A DNA stretch of 64,000 nt from Acidobacteriota bacterium (lineage in GTDB: Bacteria; Acidobacteriota; Thermoanaerobaculia; Multivoradales; Multivoraceae): assembly GCA_026708285.1 (NCBI GenBank), contig JAPOVF010000270.1:94-64093 (forward strand), given 5' to 3'. A model generated the notes under the pieces. The model was not told where the DNA came from. It worked only from the letters and a program-made list of their open reading frames with translations, and did no database searches. The translations under genes and the position numbers were made by a program. Positions 54,436 through 62,651 of this stretch are shown in pieces; position 1 is the first letter of the stretch, and each line of letters opens with the position of its first letter.

Positions 54436-55187
54436 GGGAAGTTCGGGTTCTCCCCCTCGGGGTCGTCCTGCGCGCGGCCTGTCATGGGAACGAAGCGCAC
54501 GACATCGACCTGCCGTCGGACCAGGCCGTCGGCGGTCTTCCGGATCACGACCAGATCCTGGAGGGTTCGCCCGACCGGGGCCACCAGGACGCCGTTCACC
54601 TTGAGTTGCTCGATCAGGGGCGGGGGAACCTCGGAGGGCGCCGCGGAGACCAGAATGCCGTCGAACGGAGCCTCCTCCGGCCAGCCCCGGTAGCCGTCGC
54701 CCACGCGCACCTCCACGTTGCCGTAGCCCAGTTCGTCCAGCACGGTCCTCGCCCGCTCGGCCAGGTCATCAATGATCTCAATCGTGTACACCCGGCTGGC
54801 AAGATGCGCCAGGACGGCCGTCGTATACCCCGAACCGGTACCGATTTCGAGTAGTTTCTCGTCGCCTTCGAGTTCCAGCAGGTCGGCCATCAGAGCCACG
54901 AGGTAGGGCTGCGACACGGTCTGGCCCGACCCGATCTGCAGCGGTTCGTCGCGGTACGCCTCGTCACGCAGCGCTTCGGGCACGAACTCGTGACGAGGCA
55001 CCGTCTCCAGGGCGCCCAACAGCCTCGGCTCCTGGATCCCGCGGCCACGAATCTGTTCGTCGACCATCACCCTGCGCTCCAGGGCGTAGGAGTCGTCAAC
55101 TGGACTCGGCTGCGCCGCGATTCCGAGGGGAGTACACAGACAAGCGGCGGCGGCAACGGTCCACGTTCCTTGCATGACCCCTTGCAT
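54432..55187 (-). CDS. pcm: protein-L-isoaspartate O-methyltransferase with signal-peptide-like N-terminus
   Basis: VPRHEFVP...QTVSQPYLVALM...LEIGTGSGYTTAVLA...PFDGILVSAA. Two candidate ATGs (55187, 55175) are created by a 12-nt tandem duplication. Its stop overlaps the rsbU-like stop within CTAG (54432-54435). Confidence 0.88.
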   Translation of the reverse strand: MQGVMQGTWTVAAAACLCTPLGIAAQPSPVDDSYALERRVMVDEQIRGRGIQEPRLLGALETVPRHEFVPEALRDEAYRDEPLQIGSGQTVSQPYLVALMADLLELEGDEKLLEIGTGSGYTTAVLAHLASRVYTIEIIDDLAERARTVLDELGYGNVEVRVGDGYRGWPEEAPFDGILVSAAPSEVPPPLIEQLKVNGVLVAPVGRTLQDLVVIRKTADGLVRRQVDVVRFVPMTGRAQDDPEGENPNFP

Positions 55188-55191
55188 GACC
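55168..55191. repeat. perfect tandem duplication of a 12-nt unit (ccttgcatgacc x2, then ccTTa)
   Basis: Read directly at 55168-55179 and 55180-55191. On the minus strand it encodes MQGV-MQG at the pcm 5' end. Confidence 0.9.
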
Positions 55192-55211
55192 CCTTATGAT
55201 AGGCAAATCCC

Positions 55212-56618
55212 GTGCCGGATCGTCGATCGCCGAGACGAGTTGCTGGACGCGGGTCTGCCCGGAGCCGGGCGAAGCGGCGCCAGGGCGGCGGCGAGCAGGC
55301 CGGGCCTCGCCTCCGGTCCCTGAACCGGGTCAAGGAGGAGATCGTCGCGGCGGTCAATCGGTCACCGGCCGACGACACCGAGATCCTGTGGCTAGAGAGC
55401 AGGCGGTGCCGAACCGGGTTGCGGGTTCGGGATCTGGACAGCTACAGGCGACGGTCCCGTCAGGTCATGGTCAGGGTCCGCGACGGGCGCCGGGCGGGGG
55501 CTCACCGCACCGGTGGCGGCCAGGCCGGCGAACTCGACGGTCCGGTCCGGCTGGCGATGGCGGCGTCGCGCGTCTCCGCTCCCGAGTCGCTGCCCTCGTT
55601 GCCCGACGGGAACGAACCGCCGCTTCCCTCGGTCTGCGCCCAGGATCCGGCTCTGGTCCGGCTCCACGCGGATGCCGCACGGCGCCTGCTGATGGCGGCA
55701 CTTGGCGACGACGAAGCGGCGATTGTCGAGTGGACCATTGGACAGGCCGCGGTCGCCAATAGCCGCGGTCTGGTGCGCGGCCAGCGGGCAACCGCGATCC
55801 AGGTCGAGGTGCGAAGCGGCGACGGCCCCGGCGCTGGCTTCGTCCGCCACGCCGCCCGCTCGGTCGACCAACTGGATCTCGACCGGCTTGTGGAGACCGC
55901 CCGAGAGCGCAGGGCGCCGGGCGGAGACGCCGCACCGCCGCCGGACGGCGCGAGCGTGGTCCTCGCTCCCGAGGCGACTCTCGATCTGCTGGAACTCCTG
56001 AACCTCTACGCCTTCTCCTCGCGCTCGATCGTGGAGGGGCAGTCCTTCCTGCTCCAGCACACAGGCGTGCAGGTCTTCGACCGCGGGCTCCACCTCGTGG
56101 ACGACGGCAGTTGCGAACGCGGCCTGCCGTTCCCGTTCGACCTGGAGGGGCGGACGAAGACGGCCGTTGAGCTCGTGTCGGCTGGCGTGCCCAGGACGCC
56201 GGCGCTCGACACCGCAACCGCGGCGCGCGTCGGCCTCGAGCCGACATGCCATTGCACCGGGGGCGAAGAGGCCTACCCGTTGAACCTGTTCCTCGGCGAG
56301 GGAGAGCGAGGCGACCGCGCCCTGTTCGAGATCGCGGACGGGGGCGTCTGGATCGGTCGGCTGGACGATGTCGAGTGCTTCGACCCCGGGCGCATGCGGG
56401 TTCGGGCGAGGGCGCGCGGCGTCCGCCGGATCCGCGATGGCCGCCTTGGCGAACCGGTGGTCGACCTGGTCTGGGAGGACAGTCTTCTACGGGTGCTGTC
56501 CAACCTTCTGGCGATCGGGGCGAACTGCTACTCCAGAACCTCGCGGGACGGTTTCCTGGGCGGAACGACGGCGCCCGCGGTGGCCGTCAGCGACGTGGAC
56601 GGCCTCGCTCCTGCCTGA
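55212..56618 (+). CDS. TldD/PmbA-family metallopeptidase-related protein
   Basis: GTG 55212. Arg-rich N-terminus, then PmbA/TldD-like layout: ...VVLAPEATLDLLELL...VEGQSFL...GLPFPFDLEGR...GGVWIGRLDDVECFDP...TAPAVAVSDV. N-terminal boundary uncertain. Confidence 0.6.
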   Translation: MPDRRSPRRVAGRGSARSRAKRRQGGGEQAGPRLRSLNRVKEEIVAAVNRSPADDTEILWLESRRCRTGLRVRDLDSYRRRSRQVMVRVRDGRRAGAHRTGGGQAGELDGPVRLAMAASRVSAPESLPSLPDGNEPPLPSVCAQDPALVRLHADAARRLLMAALGDDEAAIVEWTIGQAAVANSRGLVRGQRATAIQVEVRSGDGPGAGFVRHAARSVDQLDLDRLVETARERRAPGGDAAPPPDGASVVLAPEATLDLLELLNLYAFSSRSIVEGQSFLLQHTGVQVFDRGLHLVDDGSCERGLPFPFDLEGRTKTAVELVSAGVPRTPALDTATAARVGLEPTCHCTGGEEAYPLNLFLGEGERGDRALFEIADGGVWIGRLDDVECFDPGRMRVRARARGVRRIRDGRLGEPVVDLVWEDSLLRVLSNLLAIGANCYSRTSRDGFLGGTTAPAVAVSDVDGLAPA

Positions 56619-56644
56619 GGCCGCCGCGACGGTCGCGGGCGGGA

Positions 56645-56720
56645 TGGTGGAGCAGAAGGGACTTGAACCCTCGACCCCCACGTTGCGAACGTGGTGCTCT
56701 CCCAGCTGAGCTACTGCCCC
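56645..56720 (-). tRNA. tRNA-Ala (anticodon CGC), CCA encoded
   Basis: The reverse complement reads GGGGCAGTAGCTCAGCTGGGAGAGCACCACGTTCGCAACGTGGGGGTCGAGGGTTCAAGTCCCTTCTGCTCCACCA. Cloverleaf folds by hand. G3:U70 alanine identity pair. Anticodon loop is TT-CGC-AA. Confidence 0.93.
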
Positions 56721-56852
56721 ACACGCGCCCGCCAAGCTCGGGGGCGGCGCATTGTAGCAGCGACAGGTGTATGATGGGCGAGCGTGGCAGCGGTACCGCA
56801 TCCGGCGGTGTCGATTCGTCGTAACTGACTGATTACCAAGAAGAAAGCTGAC

Positions 56853-57242
56853 ATGACCAAGGCGAAGAAGAGTGAAAGCGATGGCGACGGCGGCAACGTG
56901 ACTTCGATGGATCTGGCTCGCGAGGCGGTTGCCGAGGGTGTGGAGAAGGCGCGCTCGGCGGTTAGCCAGCGCGTCGGTACGGCGCGCGAGCGGATGCGTG
57001 ACTCGAAGCTCTCGGAACGGGTCAAGAAGGCCTCGGGCCGGGCCGGCGAGGCCGCTCGCGAGGGCTACGGGGTCGCCAAGGAGAAGCTCGGAACCGGCTA
57101 CGAGCGGGCGCGCAAGGATCTGGACCAACTGGTTGGCGACGTGAACGTGTACGTCCGGGACAACCCCGGCCGCGCGGTGCTGATCGCTGCCGGCGTGGGC
57201 TTCGTACTGGGGTTCCTCCTGCGCCGTGACCGCCGCGCCTGA
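56853..57242 (+). CDS. ElaB/YqjD/DUF883-family membrane-anchored stress protein
   Basis: Lys/Glu/Arg-rich helical body. C-terminal YVRDNPGRAVLIAAGVGFVLGFLLRR anchor typical of DUF883. Confidence 0.75.
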   Translation: MTKAKKSESDGDGGNVTSMDLAREAVAEGVEKARSAVSQRVGTARERMRDSKLSERVKKASGRAGEAAREGYGVAKEKLGTGYERARKDLDQLVGDVNVYVRDNPGRAVLIAAGVGFVLGFLLRRDRRA

Positions 57243-57456
57243 ACAGCCCGCGATCGAGGACCGGATCGTCGGGAGTCTGACGCCCGGTCTCGACTGGATG
57301 TCCCTGGTCCGGACCTATCCCCTCGCGTCGGTCACGGTGGCCGCCTCGATCGGTTTCCTGATCGGCCGCGCCCGCGGACGGGAGATCATGGGAATCCTCG
57401 GCGACCTCGCCGGTGAGCGGGTCGACGAGAGCGTGCGAAGCTTCCTCGTCCGCTAG
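57226..57456 (+). CDS. small hypothetical membrane protein
   Basis: GTG 57226 overlaps the ElaB-like gene by 17 nt. Segment YPLASVTVAASIGFLIGRARG resembles the DUF883 anchor. Coding status inferred from position only. Confidence 0.4.
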   Translation: MTAAPEQPAIEDRIVGSLTPGLDWMSLVRTYPLASVTVAASIGFLIGRARGREIMGILGDLAGERVDESVRSFLVR

Positions 57457-57495
57457 CGACACCCCGGTTCCCGGGTCTTAAGGACCGGTCAAGCG

Positions 57496-58308
57496 GTGCG
57501 CCGCCTGCTGCATGTCTCCGATATCCACTTCGGGCCGCCTCACTACGAGCCGGCGGCCGCCGGAGTGGAAGCGCTGGTCAGGGAGAGACGACCCGATCTG
57601 ATCGTCGTATCGGGCGACCTCACCCAGCGCGCCAAGGCTTGTCAGTTCCGGCAGGCTCGCCGCTTTCTCGAGGGCCTGGGGCGCCCCTTTCTGGCTGTGC
57701 CGGGCAACCACGACGTGCCCATGTACCGGTTCTGGGAACGGCTCTTCGATCGCTACGGTGCGTGGCGCCGGCACTTCAGCGCGGTCCTGGAGCCGTACTT
57801 CGTGGACGATGAGATGGAGGTCGTCGGCTTCAACACGGCGTTCAACCTGACGATCGACAACGGACGCTTCACCGGCAGCCAGCTGGCTGGCGCAGGCCGA
57901 CGGTTCCGTGCGGGTGGCTCCCGCTCGGGTCACGCCCCGGTGCGGATCGCGGTTGCTCATCATCCGCTGGCGGCCCTGCCTGAACTGATGGGCTGGCGCA
58001 CGGCGCGCCGAAGCGACGAGGCCCTGGCGGCGTTTGCCGCGGCGGGCGTCGACCTGGTGCTGTCCGGCCACGTTCACGTCGCCGCCCTGGGTAAGGCGCC
58101 GGGTTGCGCGCGGCGGCTGTGGCTGGTGCACAGCGGCACGTCCACCTCCGGGCGCGGTCGGGGCGCCGAGCAGGGCAGGAACAGTTGCAACTGGATCACG
58201 CTGGACGCGGGACCGGCGGGGCGAACGGCGCAAGTCGAGCAATTGGTCTGGTCGGAGGATCTCGGCCTCTTCGAGGTCGACTCGGTTCACGACTGCGAGC
58301 TGGCGTGA
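57496..58308 (+). CDS. calcineurin-like metallophosphoesterase
   Basis: LLHVSDIHFG, VVSGDLTQ, VPGNHD, VAHHP, SGHVH motifs in the canonical order. Confidence 0.85.
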   Translation: MRRLLHVSDIHFGPPHYEPAAAGVEALVRERRPDLIVVSGDLTQRAKACQFRQARRFLEGLGRPFLAVPGNHDVPMYRFWERLFDRYGAWRRHFSAVLEPYFVDDEMEVVGFNTAFNLTIDNGRFTGSQLAGAGRRFRAGGSRSGHAPVRIAVAHHPLAALPELMGWRTARRSDEALAAFAAAGVDLVLSGHVHVAALGKAPGCARRLWLVHSGTSTSGRGRGAEQGRNSCNWITLDAGPAGRTAQVEQLVWSEDLGLFEVDSVHDCELA

Positions 58309-59591
58309 CGACGATCGATCTCTCGGTGTTCGACGGGGTAACCGCCCGGGCCGAGATTCTTGACAACGGTCTCGCTGTCGTTCTGCTTCCCCACGCGGGC
58401 GCCGAATCGGTCGTCACGGTCGTCTGCTACCGCGCCGGCAGCCGCGACGAGAACCCGGACGAAGCGGGTCTCGCGCACTTCCTGGAGCACATGATGTTCA
58501 AGGGGTCGGTGCTCTACCCGCCGGGAGCGATCGACAGCTTGACTCAGCGTCTCGGCGGGACGAACAACGCCTTCACGTCGCACGACGTCAGTGCCTACCA
58601 CTTCCAGTTCGAGCGCCGCCGCCTTGACGAGGCGCTCAGGATCGAGGCGGATCGGATGCGGGGCTTGAGCCTGCTTCCGGAGGAGGTCGAGAGCGAGCGC
58701 GAGGTGATCCTCGAGGAGATCCGGATGGTCGAGGACGATCCATGGGACGCCCTGGAGCAGGCGGTGGCCCGGCGCCTCTTCGGCGGTCATCCCTACGCTC
58801 GCCCGGTGCTGGGGACGAGGCGGAGCCTGCGCGGGCTGGATGCCGCGGCCCTTCGTTCGTTTCACGGCCGCCACTACCACCCTGGTCGAGCGGTTCTGGT
58901 GGTGGCCGGAGGTTTGCCGGCCGACGCGATGGGCCGGGTCGAGGCGGCCCTGGGAAACGGCGCACCGGATGGCTCGATGTCAGACGGCCACCCCCGCCGC
59001 GAACTCGATCCGCCGGCGGCAGTCGGGGGGTCGGATCGCCGCGTGGAGCTGCGCCGTGGCGAGATGGCGCGTCTTCTGGTCGCGCATCCCGCGCCCGCCG
59101 TCGACGATCCGCTGTCCGTCCACCTTCGTCTCGCCCTCACTGTCCTCGCCAGTGGACGGGCGAGTCGTATTCAGCGGGAACTGGTCGAAGAGAATCCGCT
59201 GGCGCTCTGGGCGGCCGGTGCGGTCAGCGGTCACAGCCTCGGAGGCATGTCGACGCTGACGGCGGAGGCGGCGCCGGGGGTTGAGCCGGCCCGGCTCGAG
59301 GCCGAGGTGTGCTCGCGGGTCGACGTCCTGGCCGCGAGCCCGCCGTCGACCGTGGAACTCGAGCGGGCGAAGCGCGTGTTGTTCGCCGACTGGGTCTTCC
59401 TGCACGAACGGATCGCGGAACGGGCCTTGTCGGCCGCTCTCGAACACGCTCTCTTCTTCCCGGGATTTACCCGCGGGTCGTACGAGGCGTTGGCTCGCGC
59501 CACCGCCGCGGACGTCTCCGACGCCTGTGCGGCCTGGCTGTCCCCGGCGACCCGGATCGTCGGCTGGTCGTTGCCCGCCGGGACCCGGTGA
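58305..59591 (+). CDS. M16-family zinc peptidase (active-site-bearing subunit)
   Basis: ORF 58104..59591 trimmed to GTG 58305 (GTGA overlap). GLAHFLEHMMFKGS contains HxxEH. Downstream EREVILEE. Confidence 0.85.
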   Translation: MTTIDLSVFDGVTARAEILDNGLAVVLLPHAGAESVVTVVCYRAGSRDENPDEAGLAHFLEHMMFKGSVLYPPGAIDSLTQRLGGTNNAFTSHDVSAYHFQFERRRLDEALRIEADRMRGLSLLPEEVESEREVILEEIRMVEDDPWDALEQAVARRLFGGHPYARPVLGTRRSLRGLDAAALRSFHGRHYHPGRAVLVVAGGLPADAMGRVEAALGNGAPDGSMSDGHPRRELDPPAAVGGSDRRVELRRGEMARLLVAHPAPAVDDPLSVHLRLALTVLASGRASRIQRELVEENPLALWAAGAVSGHSLGGMSTLTAEAAPGVEPARLEAEVCSRVDVLAASPPSTVELERAKRVLFADWVFLHERIAERALSAALEHALFFPGFTRGSYEALARATAADVSDACAAWLSPATRIVGWSLPAGTR

Positions 59592-60862
59592 CGTTGGAGC
59601 GCGAGCCCTCACGCCTCGACCTGTGGTCCGGCAGGCTGCGCCTGGCCGCGCTGCGCGTGCCGGACTCCGGCGTCGTGGCGGCGCGGGCCTGGCTGCGCGG
59701 CGGCGCCCGTGTCGATCCTTCGCCCGGGCTGGCGCTTCTTTGCGGCCGCATGCTGGTCGAGGGCACAGCCCGCCGAACCTGGCGCGAGATCGCCGAACAG
59801 GCCGAAGCGCGCGGCGTGTCGCTGAACGGCTTCGCGAGCGCCGAGGTCCACGGCCTCTCGATCGACGCCCTGCCTGACGATGCGGGTCTGGCGCTTGAGT
59901 GGCTGGCCGAGCTGGTGCTCGACCCCGGTTTCGATCGGGAGCGGTTCGAACTGCTCCGCGACCAGACCCTGGGTGAACTCCGCAGTCTCGCGGATCGCCC
60001 CGAAGTCGTTACCGGCTGGACCTTCCGGGATCAGCTCTACCACCCGCATCCGCTCGCCTCGCCGAGTCAGGGTACGAGCGAGTCGCTGGCCGCCCTGACG
60101 CCGGAGGGCTGCATGCGGTTTCACGGCGATGCGCTGGCGCGGGGCGGTGTGGTCGCGGTGGCGGGCGACATCGACGAGGACGCGGTGCTGGCGGACCTGG
60201 AGCGCTTCTTCGGAGGCTCGGCCAAGGGCGCCATCGGTACCGTCGAACCGCCGGCGCCGCGCGGCCGCAGCGCGAAGCGGATCGAGATCGTCACCGGCTC
60301 CCGCGAGCAGGCGCACGTGTACGCGGGACACTTCACCGTGGACCGCCGGCATCCCGATCTGCCGGAGCTGCGCGCGCTCGGCATCCTGCTCGGATCCGAC
60401 GGTCTGGCGGGACGGATCCCCCATCGCGTTCGCGAACGGGAGGGTCTGGCGTACGCGACTCACGTCGACGTGCTGGCCGGGGCCGGCAGCGATCCAGGCG
60501 CCCTCTCGGTCTACCTCGGAACCCACCCGAATCATGTCGAGCGCGGGCTCGAACTGGTGCGCGAAGCGCTCCGGGAAGTGCTGGAGCGGCCCCCCGAAGC
60601 GGCCGTCCTCGAAGCGTGCAGGACCGGCATGTTCGGTCGTGAGCCCTTCCTGACAGAGACCGCGGGCCTGTGGGCCGGCCTGCTCGTCGATGGGCTCTTC
60701 TTCGACCTGCCGAGTTACCGGCGCTCGTGGCGGCTCGAACGGATCGCGCGGCTCAGCCCGGACGGTGTCTTCCAGGCGGCTCGGCGGCACCTGAAGCCGG
60801 AGCGGATGCTCGTGACGGTGGGAGTGCCCGGCCAGGGAGACCCGCGAAACGCCGCTCGATAG
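59588..60862 (+). CDS. M16-family peptidase homologue lacking the HxxEH motif (probable non-catalytic partner)
   Basis: ORF 59309..60862 trimmed to GTG 59588 (GTGA overlap). M16 fold-like spacing, but the motif position reads GLALLCGRMLVEGT. Confidence 0.75.
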   Translation: MTLEREPSRLDLWSGRLRLAALRVPDSGVVAARAWLRGGARVDPSPGLALLCGRMLVEGTARRTWREIAEQAEARGVSLNGFASAEVHGLSIDALPDDAGLALEWLAELVLDPGFDRERFELLRDQTLGELRSLADRPEVVTGWTFRDQLYHPHPLASPSQGTSESLAALTPEGCMRFHGDALARGGVVAVAGDIDEDAVLADLERFFGGSAKGAIGTVEPPAPRGRSAKRIEIVTGSREQAHVYAGHFTVDRRHPDLPELRALGILLGSDGLAGRIPHRVREREGLAYATHVDVLAGAGSDPGALSVYLGTHPNHVERGLELVREALREVLERPPEAAVLEACRTGMFGREPFLTETAGLWAGLLVDGLFFDLPSYRRSWRLERIARLSPDGVFQAARRHLKPERMLVTVGVPGQGDPRNAAR

Positions 60863-60880
60863 ATCTCGACAGATCTCGAC
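60861..60880. repeat. perfect tandem decamer agatctcgac x2
   Basis: Read directly. Lies in the 22-nt gap between the convergent stops of the M16 gene (60862) and the cache-domain gene (60885). Each unit contains the AGATCT palindrome. Confidence 0.9.
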
Positions 60881-60884
60881 CGGG

Positions 60885-62618
60885 TCAGAAAGGCTCGCAG
60901 CTCAGCGCCGTGGTGTCGATCAACGCGGGTCCCAGCCCTTCATCGATGTTGTAGGGCGCCTCGGCGTCACCGAAGTCGACCCGCACCCGATGAGCAAGGT
61001 CCGTCGCGCTCGCGATCAGAACCCAGTAGTGGCCGTTGATCTCGCAGCCGTCCAGCACCTTCACCAGCACCTCCCAGTTCGACGACTCGAAGAAGGTGAA
61101 GAGTCCCGAGTCCGCTGCCTGGTAGTCGCCGGAGCTCACAGCCGACGCCGCACGCTCAGCGCCCTGCAGAGTGAACGAGGCGGTCACATCGGCGTGCCGC
61201 AGGTCGTGCGCTGCTCCGACGTCCAGAATGTCCGCCGCCTCGGGCGGCGATTCGGGTGCCGGCACATCCTCGCAGCGGAACGCGCCGATGTCCGCCTGAG
61301 CGCGGGACGGCGCGCCGCCGGCGGACCGGTAGACCTTGGAAGGGCCGCCCGCGGCATCGATGGAGAACTCGTAGCTGACATCCGTCGCGGCCGCGGAGAA
61401 CACCCACCAGTGATCGTTCACCCCGCAGCCGTTCAGCACCTTCACCAGCACCTCCCAGTTCTCTCGGTCGAAGAAGGTGAACAGGCCCGAGTCGGTCGAG
61501 GCCCCGCCCATCTCCACCGGAGACATCGCATTCTCCTCGCCGTCCACGAGGTACGCGCCGCTCACCCTGAACGTGTCGCCGTGCAGGCAGAGACTGCTCG
61601 AGTCGTCTTCGCAGACGCTCGACAGGGGTTCTCGGGGGAGATAGATGCCGGAACCGATCACGGCCCGCTGCTCCGAGTTGGGCACCGGGAAGCTCACCGC
61701 GTAACCGAGTTTTGGCGAACCGGTGTCCTCGTCTCCCTCGACGGTGGGGTCGTCGTAGTAGTACTCCAGGAACTTCCTACCCTCGCGCCGCGCACCTCCG
61801 ATCAGCTCCTCGGCGAACCTCACCCCGTTGATGTCCGTCCTCGTCATGTCCGTGGGCGTGCCTTCGACATCGGGCCTGGTTGCGTGAAACAGGATGATGC
61901 CCGAGCCACTCACGACCCACAGGTAGATGGAACCGGACTTCCAGTCTCCTCCTTCCAGCCGGAAGGCGTTTCTGATCCCGACCAAGGCGCTGTAGCCTTC
62001 CGATCGGACGGCTTCGCGGTACACCTTGACCGCTTCCTCAACGAAGGTGATGAGTGTCTCGCGGTCCTTGACCTGCGACGCGGTGACGGCCGGTTTCGGC
62101 AGATGAGTCGCGGGCTTGTCCGGTACATGGGAGACGTCCTGCGACCAACCGCCGACCAGCGTGAATCGTCTTCCGGTGATTCCGGAGATGTACTCGACGG
62201 CGTACGCAGTTCTTGGCTCCCCGTCGTGGTACTCGACGAAACCGCCACCTCGGGCGCCGGCCGCCAGGAGCTCCTGGACGACCTTCTTCCCGTTGTCGTC
62301 CTCGACATCGATCAGGTTCTTGTTCTCCGCGGTGCGATCGCCCCCGTGGATGAACGGCTCACCGCTCTGGAGGAAGATGATGAGGAACATCGACCCCGAT
62401 TTCAGGGGCCCCTCCTGTTTCAGCCGATCCCTGAGCCTTGCGCCCTCGTCTACATTCGTAATCGCCTCGAACTCCGCCTTCGCCCCTTCGACGAAGGCCT
62501 TGAGGGTCTCACGGTCCTTGACCTGGTCGGCAGTCGTCCTGGCCTCGGCAACCCCGCTCGCCAACGTGAGTAGCGCCAGAGCGGTGAGCGCCAGCGTTCC
62601 TATGCGGTTCGATCCCAT
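60885..62618 (-). CDS. secreted protein: two sCache_2-like domains plus two copies of an unnamed Cys-containing C-terminal module
   Basis: ORF 60885..63551 trimmed to ATG 62618 (AAGGAG 6 nt upstream; ATG 62633 is an alternative). Signal peptide LALTALALLTLASGVAEA. Two segments resembling single-Cache (ETLKAFVEGAKAEF...GSMFLIIFLQSGEPFIHG... and ETLITFVEEAVKVY...GSIYLWVV...GSGIYL). Duplicated SGLFTFF..NWEVLVKVL[ND]GC...H.WV...ATD modules. Confidence 0.8.
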   Translation of the reverse strand: MGSNRIGTLALTALALLTLASGVAEARTTADQVKDRETLKAFVEGAKAEFEAITNVDEGARLRDRLKQEGPLKSGSMFLIIFLQSGEPFIHGGDRTAENKNLIDVEDDNGKKVVQELLAAGARGGGFVEYHDGEPRTAYAVEYISGITGRRFTLVGGWSQDVSHVPDKPATHLPKPAVTASQVKDRETLITFVEEAVKVYREAVRSEGYSALVGIRNAFRLEGGDWKSGSIYLWVVSGSGIILFHATRPDVEGTPTDMTRTDINGVRFAEELIGGARREGRKFLEYYYDDPTVEGDEDTGSPKLGYAVSFPVPNSEQRAVIGSGIYLPREPLSSVCEDDSSSLCLHGDTFRVSGAYLVDGEENAMSPVEMGGASTDSGLFTFFDRENWEVLVKVLNGCGVNDHWWVFSAAATDVSYEFSIDAAGGPSKVYRSAGGAPSRAQADIGAFRCEDVPAPESPPEAADILDVGAAHDLRHADVTASFTLQGAERAASAVSSGDYQAADSGLFTFFESSNWEVLVKVLDGCEINGHYWVLIASATDLAHRVRVDFGDAEAPYNIDEGLGPALIDTTALSCEPF

Positions 62619-62651
62619 CGGGCTCTCCTTCATGGCATTGTAGGTCACGAG

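Noticed and set aside
56619-56852. tRNA-Ala as an integration hotspot or genomic island border.
   Set aside because: No integrase, no direct repeat of the tRNA 3' end and no phage or transposon genes occur on either side. The flanks are ordinary metabolic and stress genes.
62619-62651. Glycine riboswitch upstream of gcvT.
   Set aside because: Only 33 nt separate gcvT from the divergent cache-domain gene start, which is too short for even a single glycine aptamer.
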